NCBI GenBank assembly: GCA_017654855.1
Contig: CM030338.1
Coordinates: forward strand, 1,426,001-1,490,000
Length of the DNA: 64,000 nt
Origin: Podospora anserina
Lineage: Eukaryota
Direction: 5' to 3'
Each line of letters begins with the position of its first letter. Positions within the stretch are counted from its first letter, which is position 1. Under the pieces are notes generated by a model. It was given only the letters and a program-made list of their open reading frames with translations. It ran no database searches and was not told where the DNA came from. A program made the position numbers and the translations under genes. Shown here one piece after another: positions 10,277 through 21,635 of the stretch.

Positions 10277-12321
10277 CAACTGCGCGGTGATCCCTAGCCG
10301 GGCACCAAGCTCCGTTCCGCCACTCACGCTCCGGCCCTACCGGAGAGAACACGATTGAAAAACGGAGAGCCCAGAAGGAGAATACCGGTGGCTTTTTTTG
10401 CGTTTATAGCTGTCCACAGCCATGCCGCCTCACTGCCTATTGCCGAGTCTAGACTCTCGCTGTCCCAACCAGAGTATGACAGTAGCATATTTGCATCAAT
10501 CCAGGGACGGTGACACCACAGGACAAAAAAAGAGACAATATTAGGGATACCAAGTGAGACCAACCCTACCGGGCCGCATGTTTTTGTTTGTTGTCAGTTG
10601 TTTCCAAACCGATGACTCCTGTTGAGAACTTGCACACAATCGGTGCATTATCTTTCCAAATCGCAAAGCCTCATCCTCATCATGCCACACTCTCCGCGCC
10701 TTTTCAAAAGATGCTGGAAACTCCAGCCGTAAGGCGGCCGTTGGAAGGGACCTGCTTGCCTGTCTGCCCAGCAAAGCAATGCGAGGCGGCGGTGCAGCGA
10801 TGCAACCTGGCCTCTCATGATGGCCCGGGGAAGGGGTCGGGGTTGCCTTACGCAAGCAGCCGTTTGAGCGTAGAGACGATAGTCGGGATAGCAAGTCAAG
10901 CTTTTGGGACAAAAAAATTGAGACAAAACACCACCACCTCTCTCCCTGACGTACCTATCCAGATCATTGGGGAACTCTCTCCTAAACTTTCACCAACTCT
11001 AACATCGGCGGTTTTGTAAATCATCATATCTTGTTGTAAGTGTATTCGGATAAAATTGTCTCTCAGCTCACATCATTCAGTTTTCGTGAACGAACGGCTA
11101 CCCACACCATCGGAACGGTCATGAAACATTGGGCTACACTACATCCGCGGGGGGGTTCGATAGTCGTGGATGTGTTCTTCATTATCCAACATCACAGCCT
11201 TGAGAAGCGGGGTATTGCGTCAGCGTTCAGTCAGTCAGCCATGAACCATCACCAACCTACCCACCTGCCCTTACATTGCTGTGTGTGTGAGGAAATGGCC
11301 CGAATAGCCTCATGCAGTTGTCCACCATGTCTTTGTTTTCTGTTGTTTTCGTCATATCCCACCACCTCCACTACACCATTCCTCACCGTAAGAAAGTATC
11401 CGGTTAGTGGAAACCTCTCCTGCTACTCCTCCGTACCTTGGCTACGGTAGACACCGCACCCACTCACCGTACACCCAACTGATCAGCCGTACAAAGCGAG
11501 ATGATATCTGTAAACCCCAATTTTGTAATATCCCATGGTTCACACCCTCTCCTCAAAATCTCACTCAGCAAAAGATGGGCCGGCAACCCGCATAATCATC
11601 ATCACCAAGGATGTCGAAGATCTCAAACAACCCCACCACTACCCATAGGCATCACGGAGATCATATCAGATGAGCGAGATGATGATATGAGCAACGGCAT
11701 GGATCTAAACCCGGGTTTTCATAAACGGGATGTGGGTTGGGTTGACGGGCAGCTCCAAGCGAGATGGCTTCAGTGTTTCAGGTTTTCTACCATGTCCCGC
11801 AGTTAGAATTGATACCTAACCAACCGTTACCATGTGACGATGAGATGGACAGTCTGATGGGACATTCTCTACGACGATACGTATCCAATATCTTCTTACA
11901 TCACATTTTTTTGAAAACTTCATTACAATTATTCCCTCTGTACAGATATGTTCAACGGTCCATGATGACCCTCTACCCTGTACCAGTCCTTGGCAACCTG
12001 CATCACACCTAGTCTATTAAAAAACGACTCCAGGAGCCCAAACTCCAAAAGGCTGCTCAAATCAATAGGCATTCCTTAGTTTCCAACAATATACGTCTCA
12101 CCAACCGCATCATAATGTACGCATGTGAGGGTCTGAGCTCACTCTTCCCATCCAAACAAAATCACACACCCATAGTTATAATCCCAAACATAGTTCCAAC
12201 CCCATCATGCAATGCCATACCTGCCCTCCCCGTCTTATTCCCATCCAAACCAAGCTCGTAGCGTGCTCAAAACCGGCCAAATTCAAACATGGCCCCATCT
12301 CAAGGTAGTAGTAGTAATAGG

Positions 12322-14946
12322 TCAGAGAATAGACAACTCATCATCACTATCATCAGTCGCGCTATCCCCAACCCCCAACGACACTCTCGACGGCCTCGCC
12401 GGCCGAAACCTCGCAGGCTTGTTCCTGTTGAGCCAACTGCTCGTGCTATCTCTCGTCACCAACACCTTCTTTCCTGAACTGCTGCTTCCGTCCAAGTCCA
12501 TCCCTAGCTCATCACCACCTCTGGTGATCGGTCTTGATAGCCGTCTTGGTCTGGCCGAGAGGAGGCATTTCGGAACAACACGGCTTGGTTTGGTAGGCGA
12601 TGAGGGCGGTTGGTCAAACCCGTCGTCGTCGTCGTTTTCCGGGAAAAAGTTCTCTTTGTTGTTGTCCTCAACTTCTGATTGGTCGTCTTGCTGGGCTTCG
12701 GAGGGGGAGGGTTCCGTGATGGGAGAGGTTGGGTCCACATCGTCGTCGTCCTCTGACGCTGAGGAAGAGTTGGGTGCTGTGCCCTGCTCAATGCTGTCTT
12801 CTTCCGTGGCAGATGGAGGTTCTTCATGCTCCGAATCATGCTCGCCAAAATCCACCAGATCTTCCGCGTCGACATCATTCTCATCACTGACTTCATCCCC
12901 ATGGTAGTCCTCTTGACTCTCCTCCTCAGAGTCCAACACCTCCGCAATCCCTGCTGATCGTGCCGCCATCGAACCACGACCAACCCCCTTCTTCCCCCCC
13001 ACCGTCCCAGGCGTAGCAGCAACCCACTCACTAATAACATCATCCCATTTGATACCCGAAAAATTCCCCCTCCTCCTCCCCCCCTCCGGAACCGGCGTAG
13101 CAGCCGCGTTCATCTTCGCCCTCAACCCCTCCGCAAAAGCATGATCCCTCATGTTCCCCGTACTTTCCGCCACGCGAAACGCAGCATCAACCTGGATATT
13201 ACTCAATGCCCCCCTGGGCAAATCCAATTTCTGAAGCTTTTCGCACAGCTGCAAAAGATACATGTGCGTGTCCAACCTCGTCCCACGAACGCAGTACTGC
13301 ACTATCGATGCCAACAATGCGATGGTGGCATCATACTGAAGCATCAGACTGGCGTTACCCTTGCAATTGAGCACACCCCTCCATGATGACTCTATCACCG
13401 CAGAAGAGGTAGTCGTGTCGACGCAGAGAAAGGAGCAAAGAGCAAAGAGGTAGGTTCCGAGCTTGCGACCTTCCTTTTTGCGGTGTCTGAGTTGTTTGGT
13501 GCACGTATCTACCACGTATTGCACCCTTCGTCGGATGGTGGATGTTCGGTCTGTTGATGACGAAGCAGCTGCCCCTTGGTCCTTTCCTTCCTGGCTGAGA
13601 AGAACGACAGCTCCGAGTGCTCCGATGGCATCGACGAGTTGACTTTGTGGTTTGCCGCGAATGCGGGTTTGAGCAACGCCTCTTGGTCGGGTTGGTGAGG
13701 CATGGTCGCAGAGAAGTGTCAAAGTGGTGGTGGCCAGCTCAACCACATCATCGCATGGCTTCATTTGTGCTATCCGGGCGATGGTTGAATACCATAGGTT
13801 TCTAAAGCCTCCCGTCAGAATCCACTCTGATGGTAGGAACCCACCTGAAAGTAGTGAGGCTACTTTATTGGGTGTAAGATCAGTGCTGTGACCCAGCGTT
13901 TGGATCACTCGTATGGGATGTAATGCTTGACAATGATCAAAGTCATTGTCCCTCGAAGCTGGTCTTGGGTACTGGCGGAATATGAATGTATCGATAAGTG
14001 GCATGAATTCATTGCTCGGTAGGTATTCGTGGCATAATCTGATCAGCAAGGTCACTATGTTGTCGTCAAACAGTCCCTCTTCAGCAGCTTCATGAACAAT
14101 CTGTATGCTGTGAGCTCGTACAGCCAGACAGAGATTCTTCCAACCATCAGCAGGCCCTAGGGCTTCCAACTCGTCGTATATTTCGAACGAGACGCCGCAG
14201 TCTTGTGGTTCTGGTTGTGAATCCTGATCCTTTTCGATCTCTTTCTTCTCCCAGCGTATGTAGGCTGGTATCTTCCGGAGACACATTGCCATCAGAGACT
14301 TGGGAGCCGCAATATTCTCAACGCGGTCCGGCCTGGTCTTTTTCAACAATGAATCCAGGGCTTTGACGACATGATAAAATAGCGCAAGCCTTTCGGGATC
14401 AATAGATGAACGAAGGCGGGCTAGTTCCTCGTCAAACCTGCATCTCTTGACGCAATTCGAGTGGCCGCAGACTGTTATCTCAATTCTGTTTTCTTGGATA
14501 ACAGGAGAAGACTGCTCGTGGTTTCTGATGCGGCGTAGATGTGGTGTTGGGAAAACGGTATCTTGGGAAGGCCTGGCTCCTGGTAGATTCCGTTGTCTTA
14601 CTGTACCATCTCTCGGGGGTGTGGTTGTCGCTGATGATGAATCCTCGGCTGGTGACCTTTGCGATCCTTTCCGAGAGTATTTCCGAGTCACTTTCTTTTT
14701 GGTCGAGTACTCTTCATCAGACTCGGGATATCCTCTGTCCCTCTTGCCGAGCACGATACTTTTCCGTGGCCGGCCTCTTGTTATTTGGCTCTGCTGGGGC
14801 TGTGTTGAATCCGAGTTGCGCCTAACTGCAGCCTTCCGTTCCTTGATCTTTTTGAGAGCGGCGATATGGGCCAAGAGAGGACGGAGCAAACGGTGGCATT
14901 GTTTGGCAGTCCATAGCCCCTGCATCACGGGCGCGGACGCCCTCAT
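12322..14946 (-). CDS. Hypothetical protein, 874 aa, probably nuclear (AT-hook-like RGRPRK, basic NLS-like tracts, helical core, acidic disordered C-terminus)
   Basis: Intronless 2.6-kb ATG ORF divergent from CLU1; no family confidently recognised. Confidence 0.8.
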   Translation of the reverse strand: MRASAPVMQGLWTAKQCHRLLRPLLAHIAALKKIKERKAAVRRNSDSTQPQQSQITRGRPRKSIVLGKRDRGYPESDEEYSTKKKVTRKYSRKGSQRSPAEDSSSATTTPPRDGTVRQRNLPGARPSQDTVFPTPHLRRIRNHEQSSPVIQENRIEITVCGHSNCVKRCRFDEELARLRSSIDPERLALFYHVVKALDSLLKKTRPDRVENIAAPKSLMAMCLRKIPAYIRWEKKEIEKDQDSQPEPQDCGVSFEIYDELEALGPADGWKNLCLAVRAHSIQIVHEAAEEGLFDDNIVTLLIRLCHEYLPSNEFMPLIDTFIFRQYPRPASRDNDFDHCQALHPIRVIQTLGHSTDLTPNKVASLLSGGFLPSEWILTGGFRNLWYSTIARIAQMKPCDDVVELATTTLTLLCDHASPTRPRGVAQTRIRGKPQSQLVDAIGALGAVVLLSQEGKDQGAAASSSTDRTSTIRRRVQYVVDTCTKQLRHRKKEGRKLGTYLFALCSFLCVDTTTSSAVIESSWRGVLNCKGNASLMLQYDATIALLASIVQYCVRGTRLDTHMYLLQLCEKLQKLDLPRGALSNIQVDAAFRVAESTGNMRDHAFAEGLRAKMNAAATPVPEGGRRRGNFSGIKWDDVISEWVAATPGTVGGKKGVGRGSMAARSAGIAEVLDSEEESQEDYHGDEVSDENDVDAEDLVDFGEHDSEHEEPPSATEEDSIEQGTAPNSSSASEDDDDVDPTSPITEPSPSEAQQDDQSEVEDNNKENFFPENDDDDGFDQPPSSPTKPSRVVPKCLLSARPRRLSRPITRGGDELGMDLDGSSSSGKKVLVTRDSTSSWLNRNKPARFRPARPSRVSLGVGDSATDDSDDELSIL

Positions 14947-15227
14947 TTGTTGCCGTTATAGAGTCTTGATTTTCCAAAAGATATAAAGCGCAACGTATTG
15001 TATTTATGTACGAATAGGCATGGATAGCAATCGCAGCGGCGTGCGTAATAAGTCGTGTAAGTCAAGTCGATGAGATGCCGCGATGAATGAATGAAGTGGA
15101 TGTTTTCATTCGTTGTCTGGGGTCAATATGTTTACATCATCCCCGGATGCGGCCTAGCGTGCCACCCAGGATTCTGGAAAGTCGCCAACCCGCCAAGTCT
15201 CCCGCACCGCATCGCTGATGCTCAAAT

Positions 15228-15254
15228 CCCGACTCGCCCGACTCGCCCGACTCG
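15228..15254. repeat. (CCCGACTCG)x3 in the divergent promoter between the 874-aa gene and CLU1
   Basis: Three perfect 9-bp copies. Confidence 0.7.
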
Positions 15255-15752
15255 TGCCGAGAGGCGACGAGAGGCCCGTGTGTGGGGTACTTGGATACTT
15301 GACTCAGTGGGTTGATCACTGAGCCGGCATTGTTTCCGCCCCGCCCCGTTAGGCCGGCCTGAAATCTGCATCATAGGTTGCCGGCAAAGAAAAAAAAAAG
15401 TTAGAAGAATATTCAGCGCAAAAAAGATAAAAAAAGAACCCCTCATCAGTTGGCTCAGATCAAGCGCAAGAAAAACACAGTCCTTCTGTCCACTATAGAC
15501 TGTCTCTTCCTTGCCTGGACGCCTGTATATTCTTCTGATTGGGCCTTTCTTTCCTTTCCTTCCAATTCCTTGGCTCGACGCTCGACACTTCCAATTTTTT
15601 CACCCACTTTTTGCTTCGACAGCAAATCTCGAAATACCAACGGCTGGAGGTCGCACCCACATCTTTATAGAACACATTCTACAGCCGCCTTGTCTTTGCT
15701 CAGCATTGCATCCTTGCGATATCGGCAACTTAGAAAAAGAAATTAAGTCAAC

Positions 15753-18700
15753 ATGGCTGACGCAACATCCACCACTGCTGCTGCTGCCCCTCCCAGTATG
15801 CGACCCCTCACTTATATGATGATGGTGGTGGTTCTGCTTGTCTAACACACGAAAAACCTACAGAGGAACCAGTAGCCGACGAGCAAAACGTCGAGAAGCC
15901 TGCCGAGACCCAGACCGAAGGGGTGGTGGAGGAGGAGGAGGAGGAGGAGCAGCTTGAAGGTGTGTGACCACCTACCCACCTCATCTACACTATGCCATCC
16001 TCTCTAACCTTCCTGATAGACGCTCCCTTCATTGTCAAGATCGTTCTTCCCCACGACGATAAGACCTTTGAACTCCCGGTATGTTGTGTGGTGCCATGTA
16101 TGGCGCTGGAGGCAGTATGCTAAGACAGAAGCGCAGGTGTCACCATTGGAACAAATCCACGAAATCAGACAATCGATCATTGAACACCCGATTGCTGTAC
16201 AATACTCGTGTTTCCACCTCGAGCACAATGGGCAGCGCATCAACGACTTCATCAACGTTTCCGATGTTGAGGGCCTCGCCAACAATTCAGAGTTGCATGT
16301 GGTGGAGGACCCATACAGCGAAAAGGAGGCCAGAATTCACTTCATCAGGGTCAGGGAGTTGATTGGCGCCGCCGGGGACCGTACCGACACGGTACAGGGC
16401 ATCCTGTCGGGTGCTTCGGTCTTTGACGATGTGGTAGCCGAGGCTGACAAGCAGGCCGGGGCCGAGGTCGCTGTCCAGGAGTACAACTTCGAGGCGGGCG
16501 TGAGCCCCTCCATTTTGCTTCCCAAGGAGCACGAGGCTGCGCCGAAGACTGTCAAGCTGATCACCTTGTCCTCATGGAACCCTCCTCCTGCGCCTCTCAG
16601 GCAAAAGGGCCACTTGCTCTACCTGACCATCACAACAAACGAGGGCGAGCAGTTCCAGGTTACCTCCCACGCCGGTGGTTTCTATGTCAACAACTCTTCC
16701 AACAGCAAGTTCGACCCATCACCGAAGCAGGACAAGAAGGCTGGTGTTATTTCGGCCCACTCCTTGTACACTCTTCTCGAGAAGCTCTCACCATCGTTTG
16801 CTGAAAGCTACGAGGCCTTCCAGAAGTTTGCTAATCGCAAGGATCCCCTCGCCACTTTCCAGATCGGCAACACTGTGCCATCCGCCCCATGGCTCGTGCC
16901 ATCCACCTCCTCACCTTTGGTTGCTCACATTGCCGACCCTACGAGATCACAGGAGACCTTCCTCCTCGGTGGTGCCGAGAATACCGACTCGCTCCGTGAC
17001 TGGAACGAGGAGTTTCAATCTGCCAGAGAATTGCCCAAGGATACCATCCAGGACCGTGTCTTCAGAGAGCGACTTATCGCAAAACTCCACGCTGATTACA
17101 ACGACGCTGCTGCTCGCGGCGCCGTTCTCGTTGCTCGTGGCGAGGTTGCTCCTCTCAACCCTACCGAGGGCCGGGATGCGCAGATTTTTGTCTACAACAA
17201 CGTCTTCTTCTCGTTCGGAGCTGACGGCGTCGGCACCTTCACCAGCGAGGGCGGCGACGAGGCTGCCAAGGTTGCTACTGGCAAGGACGTTTTCGGTGTG
17301 AAGCTCGTGAATCAGCTCGACATTGACGGTCTTTACACTCCTGGCACCGTTGTCGTTGACTACCTTGGCAAGCGGATTGTCGGTCAGAGCATAGTACCTG
17401 GCATCTTTAAGCAGCCCGAGCCTGGTGAGAACCAGATTCACTACGGTGCTGTTGATGGCAAGGATGTCGTTGCTGCCGATGAGGCCTTTGCCCCCGGCTT
17501 TGCGACGCTTGCTAGCTATCTGCGGGTCAAGAAGCACGCCGTTTGGGACAAAGAGAACAAGCGCCATGATCTCGAAGCCAGTGTTGAGATGAAGGGCCTT
17601 CTTGGAACCGACGGTCGCAAGTACGTCCTTGACTTGTACCGCATCACCCCCTTGGATATCCAATGGATGGAGGAGGCCAGCCCCGAGGGTGCTGAGTACC
17701 CCCACCGCATGACTGTCCTCCGTCCTGAGCTCGTTGAGTCCTTGAGCAAGCAGAAGGCCCGCGAGTATCTCAGTGCTGAGGTCAGCAAGCGTGACTCTAA
17801 GAAGACCAAGGAGGTTAAGGAGGAGACCAAGGAGGAAGCCAAGGAGGAGGCCAAGGAGGAGGCCAAGGAGGAGACCAAGGAGGAGGCCAAGGAGGAGACC
17901 AAGGAGGAGATCAAGGAGGAGGAGGAGAAGAAGGAGAGAGAAGCCAAGGAGGAGGGTGCCGAGGAGGCCGAGGAGAAGAAGGAGGAGGAGAAGACTGATA
18001 GGATAGACATGTCTGGCTTCAAGTTTGCCCTGAACCCCGATGTCTTCAGCGGCCAGGTCCCCCAGACCGACGAGGAGAAGGAGGAGATGGCCAAGGACGA
18101 GCAAGACGTCCGTGATGCTTGCAAGTATCTCACCGAAACCGTCATCCCCACTCTCTTGCGCGACCTCAAGGAGTCAGATATCAGCTTCCCCATGGATGGT
18201 CGCTCTTTGAGCGCTCTCCTCCACCGCCGCGGTATCAACATGCGCTACCTTGGCAAATTGGCCCAGAAGAGCGCTCCGGAGACGACCGACAAGGAGGAGA
18301 AGGTTGATGGCGATCGTCTCAAGTGCTTCCGCGAGGTCTGTGTGCGCGAGATGATCGCCAGAGCGTTCAAGCACATCGCTGCCAAGTACCTCAAGAGCCT
18401 GCCCTTGTCGCTGACCTCGGCCTGCTTCGCCCACCTTTACAACTGCCTTCTCGGCTTTGGTCTCAACCCCAAGCCCGAGGCTGAGATCGACGAGGCCTAC
18501 CGCGCCCTTTTCAGCGATGCTGATCTTGCCTTTGAGAAGGTTACTCCTGAGAGTCTCAGGGAGGAGGTCCAGCACGAAGTGGCTCGCCGCTTCAGATACA
18601 CCCTGGCCGAGAACTGGTACACCGAGGCCAGGCCCGTGCAGCTGCTCCGTGAGACTGCCCTGAAGCTCGGTCTTCAGCTTCAGGCCTCCAAGTTCCACTT

Positions 18701-19892
18701 CACCCAGGCTGAGGCTGATGCCGCCGCCGCTGCTGCTGCGCCGGCGCCTGCGCCAGTCCAGACTAACGGCCAAGCTGCCACTGAGTCTACCGGCAGCAAG
18801 AAGAAGAAGGGCAAGAAGGCTCGTGATGCTTCCCCATCCAGCATTGTCTCGACCACGGTCCCGCACACCTTCAGCTCGGATGACTTCGTCAACGTGGTGC
18901 CCCTCATCAAGGACTCTTGCCCCAGGAGCGCCTTGGCCGAAGAGGCTCTCGAGGCTGGCCGTCTCTCTATTTACCAAGGTCAAAAGAAGATCGGCGAGGA
19001 CCTCCTTCTTGAGTCCCTCTCTCTCCACGAGCAAATCTATGGCCTCGTCCATCCCGAGGTTGCTCAGATGTACCACACCCTTTCTCAGATGTATTTCAAC
19101 CTAGACCAGAAGGATGCGGCCGTCGAGCTTGCCAGAAAGGCTGTCATTGTGAGCGAGCGGACGCTTGGCATCGACTCGGCCGAGACGGTGTTGAACTACC
19201 TCAACTTGAGTCTCTTCCTCCACCAGCGTGGCGACAGCAAGATTGCTCTCGTGTACGCCAGACACGCGCTTGACGTGTGGAAGTTGATTTATGGACCGGA
19301 CCACCCAGACACCATCACGACGATCAACAACTACGCGGTGATGCTGCAGAGCATCAGGGCCTACACTGAGTCTCGCCGGTGGTTTGAGGAGTCTCTCCGG
19401 GTCTGCGATCAGGTCTTTGGCAGAAACTCGATCAACTCTGCCACTCTTCTTTTCCAACTCGCCCAGGCTCTTGCCCTCGACCAGGACGCGAAGGCTGCTG
19501 TTGACCGCATGAAGGAAAGCTACAGCATCTTCAAGGCCCTCTTGGGTGCGGACGACAAGAACACCAAGGAGGCCGAGCACTGGCTTACGCAGTTGACACA
19601 CAATGCTGTGTCCATTGCCAGGCAGACAAAGGAACTTGCGGCCAAGAGAGCGCGTGCCGGCTACAAGTTCACCTCGAGCGGCGTCGGCGTGGGTTCGGTC
19701 ACTGGTGCGCCCGCGCAGCTTCCTGGCGCCAGGGGAGCTGCTCCTAGTACCAAGGATAGTCGTAACATTGATGAGCTTATGAAGTACATTGAGGGCGGTG
19801 ACAAGAAGACCAAGGGCGGGAGCGGTGGTGGCAAGAAGCGCCCTGGTAAGGCCAACCCCAAGAGACGGGGTGGCGCTTCCGGCACTGCTTGA
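15753..19892 (+). CDS. CLU1: Clustered mitochondria protein Clu1/Tif31 (CLU domain + TPR); three short 5' introns
   Basis: SSWNPPP...GHLLYL, LRDWNEEFQSARELP, VVVDYLGKRIVGQSIVPGIF, KGLLGTDGRKYVLDLYR, LLHRRGINMRYLG and C-terminal TPRs (YGPDHPDT). True ATG at 15753, with introns ending near 15863, 16019 and 16136. Confidence 0.95.
17808..17991 (+). repeat. Coding 12-bp tandem repeat encoding (KEE[A/T])n charged linker in Clu1
   Basis: aaggaggaggcc/aaggaggagacc units giving KEETKEEAKEEAKEEAKEETKEEAKEETKEEIKEEEE. Confidence 0.85.
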
Positions 19893-21108
19893 ATCTAGTT
19901 CTTGACGTTGTCTCGCTGTTCTTTTTCCTTGTTTCGGGGCTAGCTTTTCCAGCAAGTTTGGTGCGGGAAAGGGTGAGGGGGGAAACTTTCTCGGGAACAA
20001 AAAAGTTTTTTCCATCTCTATCATCTTCTGTCACTGTATAAACTCATAGGGCATTTTTTTTTGCTTCCTTTCTCCATCACTCACACGGTGCGTTGGATGA
20101 AGACACATAAACATGGCTCTTATGCACAAACCTCTTGTACTTATTGTCTTTTTTCTCTTTTCGTCGTCATGGCACTTGTACATATTTTACTGCTGGAAAG
20201 GCTCAAAACAGGGAAGGGGAAAAAGGGTATTTTATTGATGAATAAAATGGGATGGGGGTTGAGGGAAGGAGGGAGACAAAACATCATTGACGCAAAGCGA
20301 AAAAGGTGGAAATGCAGCGATGAGTGATGGGAAAATTGGGAGGGGAGAGTTTATTTTTTGGGGGGGAGATATACAAGCGGGAAAAAAATGAGAAATCTTC
20401 ACTCCTACAGACTGATGTGGCTTTATTGTTTTGGATTTTGTGGTTGTGAGGTTGGGCGTGTTTTTTCGGTGGGTGGTGGCTGGGGGAGAAGAGTGGTAGG
20501 TTTGTTGACAGCCCCTTTTTTTTTTAAGGATACTCCTGACTGGGAGGCTGGGCAGGTTTTATTTGGGGGGGCTGCTTTCACATGGGAGCTTGAGGAGAGG
20601 GATTGTCTTTGTTTGCATTTTGATAGAGGTCTTGGCTTAATTACTGCAGAGTTGATTCCAGTACCTGCAGAATTGTTGCCGACTTTGACAGGAGATGGCT
20701 CGAGACTCGATGCTCTGACAAAGTGTGGGCAGCCGCCAGTGAATTAAGTTTGAGGCGCAACCCCTTTCCTTGGGTGACTTTTTTTATTGTTTTTATCTCT
20801 CACAAGATAAGGTGTCAGTCAAGTGGATATCTTGGAGATTGCACATGGGACACAAAAAAGTTATTGATTTTATTTTTTTGAACTTTTGGGGACGAGGCTG
20901 GGCAGAGAATAAAAACAGGGAAAGCAAACAGCCACTTTGCCTGCCTGCCACCTCTTTTTTATCTCCGGATTGGTGAGGGACGACTCCTTTGATGACGAAC
21001 AAAGTCGACGAGGATTGCACGTGCGTTTCCACAGTTGCCTCCACTGTAAGGGCGAATCCATGGCTGTGATTGGTTGAGTCGAGAGGTCGCGCGCCTTTGA
21101 ATCGCCCG

Positions 21109-21116
21109 ACGCGAAA
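21109..21116 (+). promoter_or_regulatory. Possible MCB/SCB-like element (ACGCGAAA) upstream of the forkhead gene
   Basis: Motif match about 520 bp upstream of the ATG, near TCGCGCG and an inverted CCAAT. Short motif, could be chance. Confidence 0.3.
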
Positions 21117-21635
21117 AACCAGCGTTCGTGTGGTCAATTAAACAATCGCCCACCTTCACCAAACCAACACCAACAAAAGTGCGCCGACTCGACCAGTCCG
21201 AGGACTCCTTCGTCATTGTCTCCCAACGAAGCAATCGCGGGATCGCCCCTCCGACCACTCACACTCCACACGCTCCTTTATATACATTTTTACTTTTTTA
21301 AACTTGTTACTGTCGATCAAGTTAAAGTTTATCACGGAGTACTCCCACCAGTTCCTAACCCCAGTGCGCGTGTCGCATTCAAGCAAGCTCCGAGCGACAC
21401 CTAGAAACCAGGAAGCAGCATCACCCACTCCCACTCCCAACCGCAAAAAGCTCTCTCCTTGAGCTCTCCTCAGCTGCCCTGCGGCTCAACCTCTCTGCTG
21501 TCCATTCATTCGTCCACATCCGATAACAACCCCTCACTCGGAACGCCGTCGACACCCATGGTCACAGCCGGCGCATCTTGTTTGCGACAATCCAAATAAA
21601 AAAAAAGATAAAAAAAAAAAACACAACATCCAACA

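Noticed and set aside
10300-12300. Cluster of 60-140 aa ORFs
   Set aside because: No domain, codon bias or consistent exon structure recognised.
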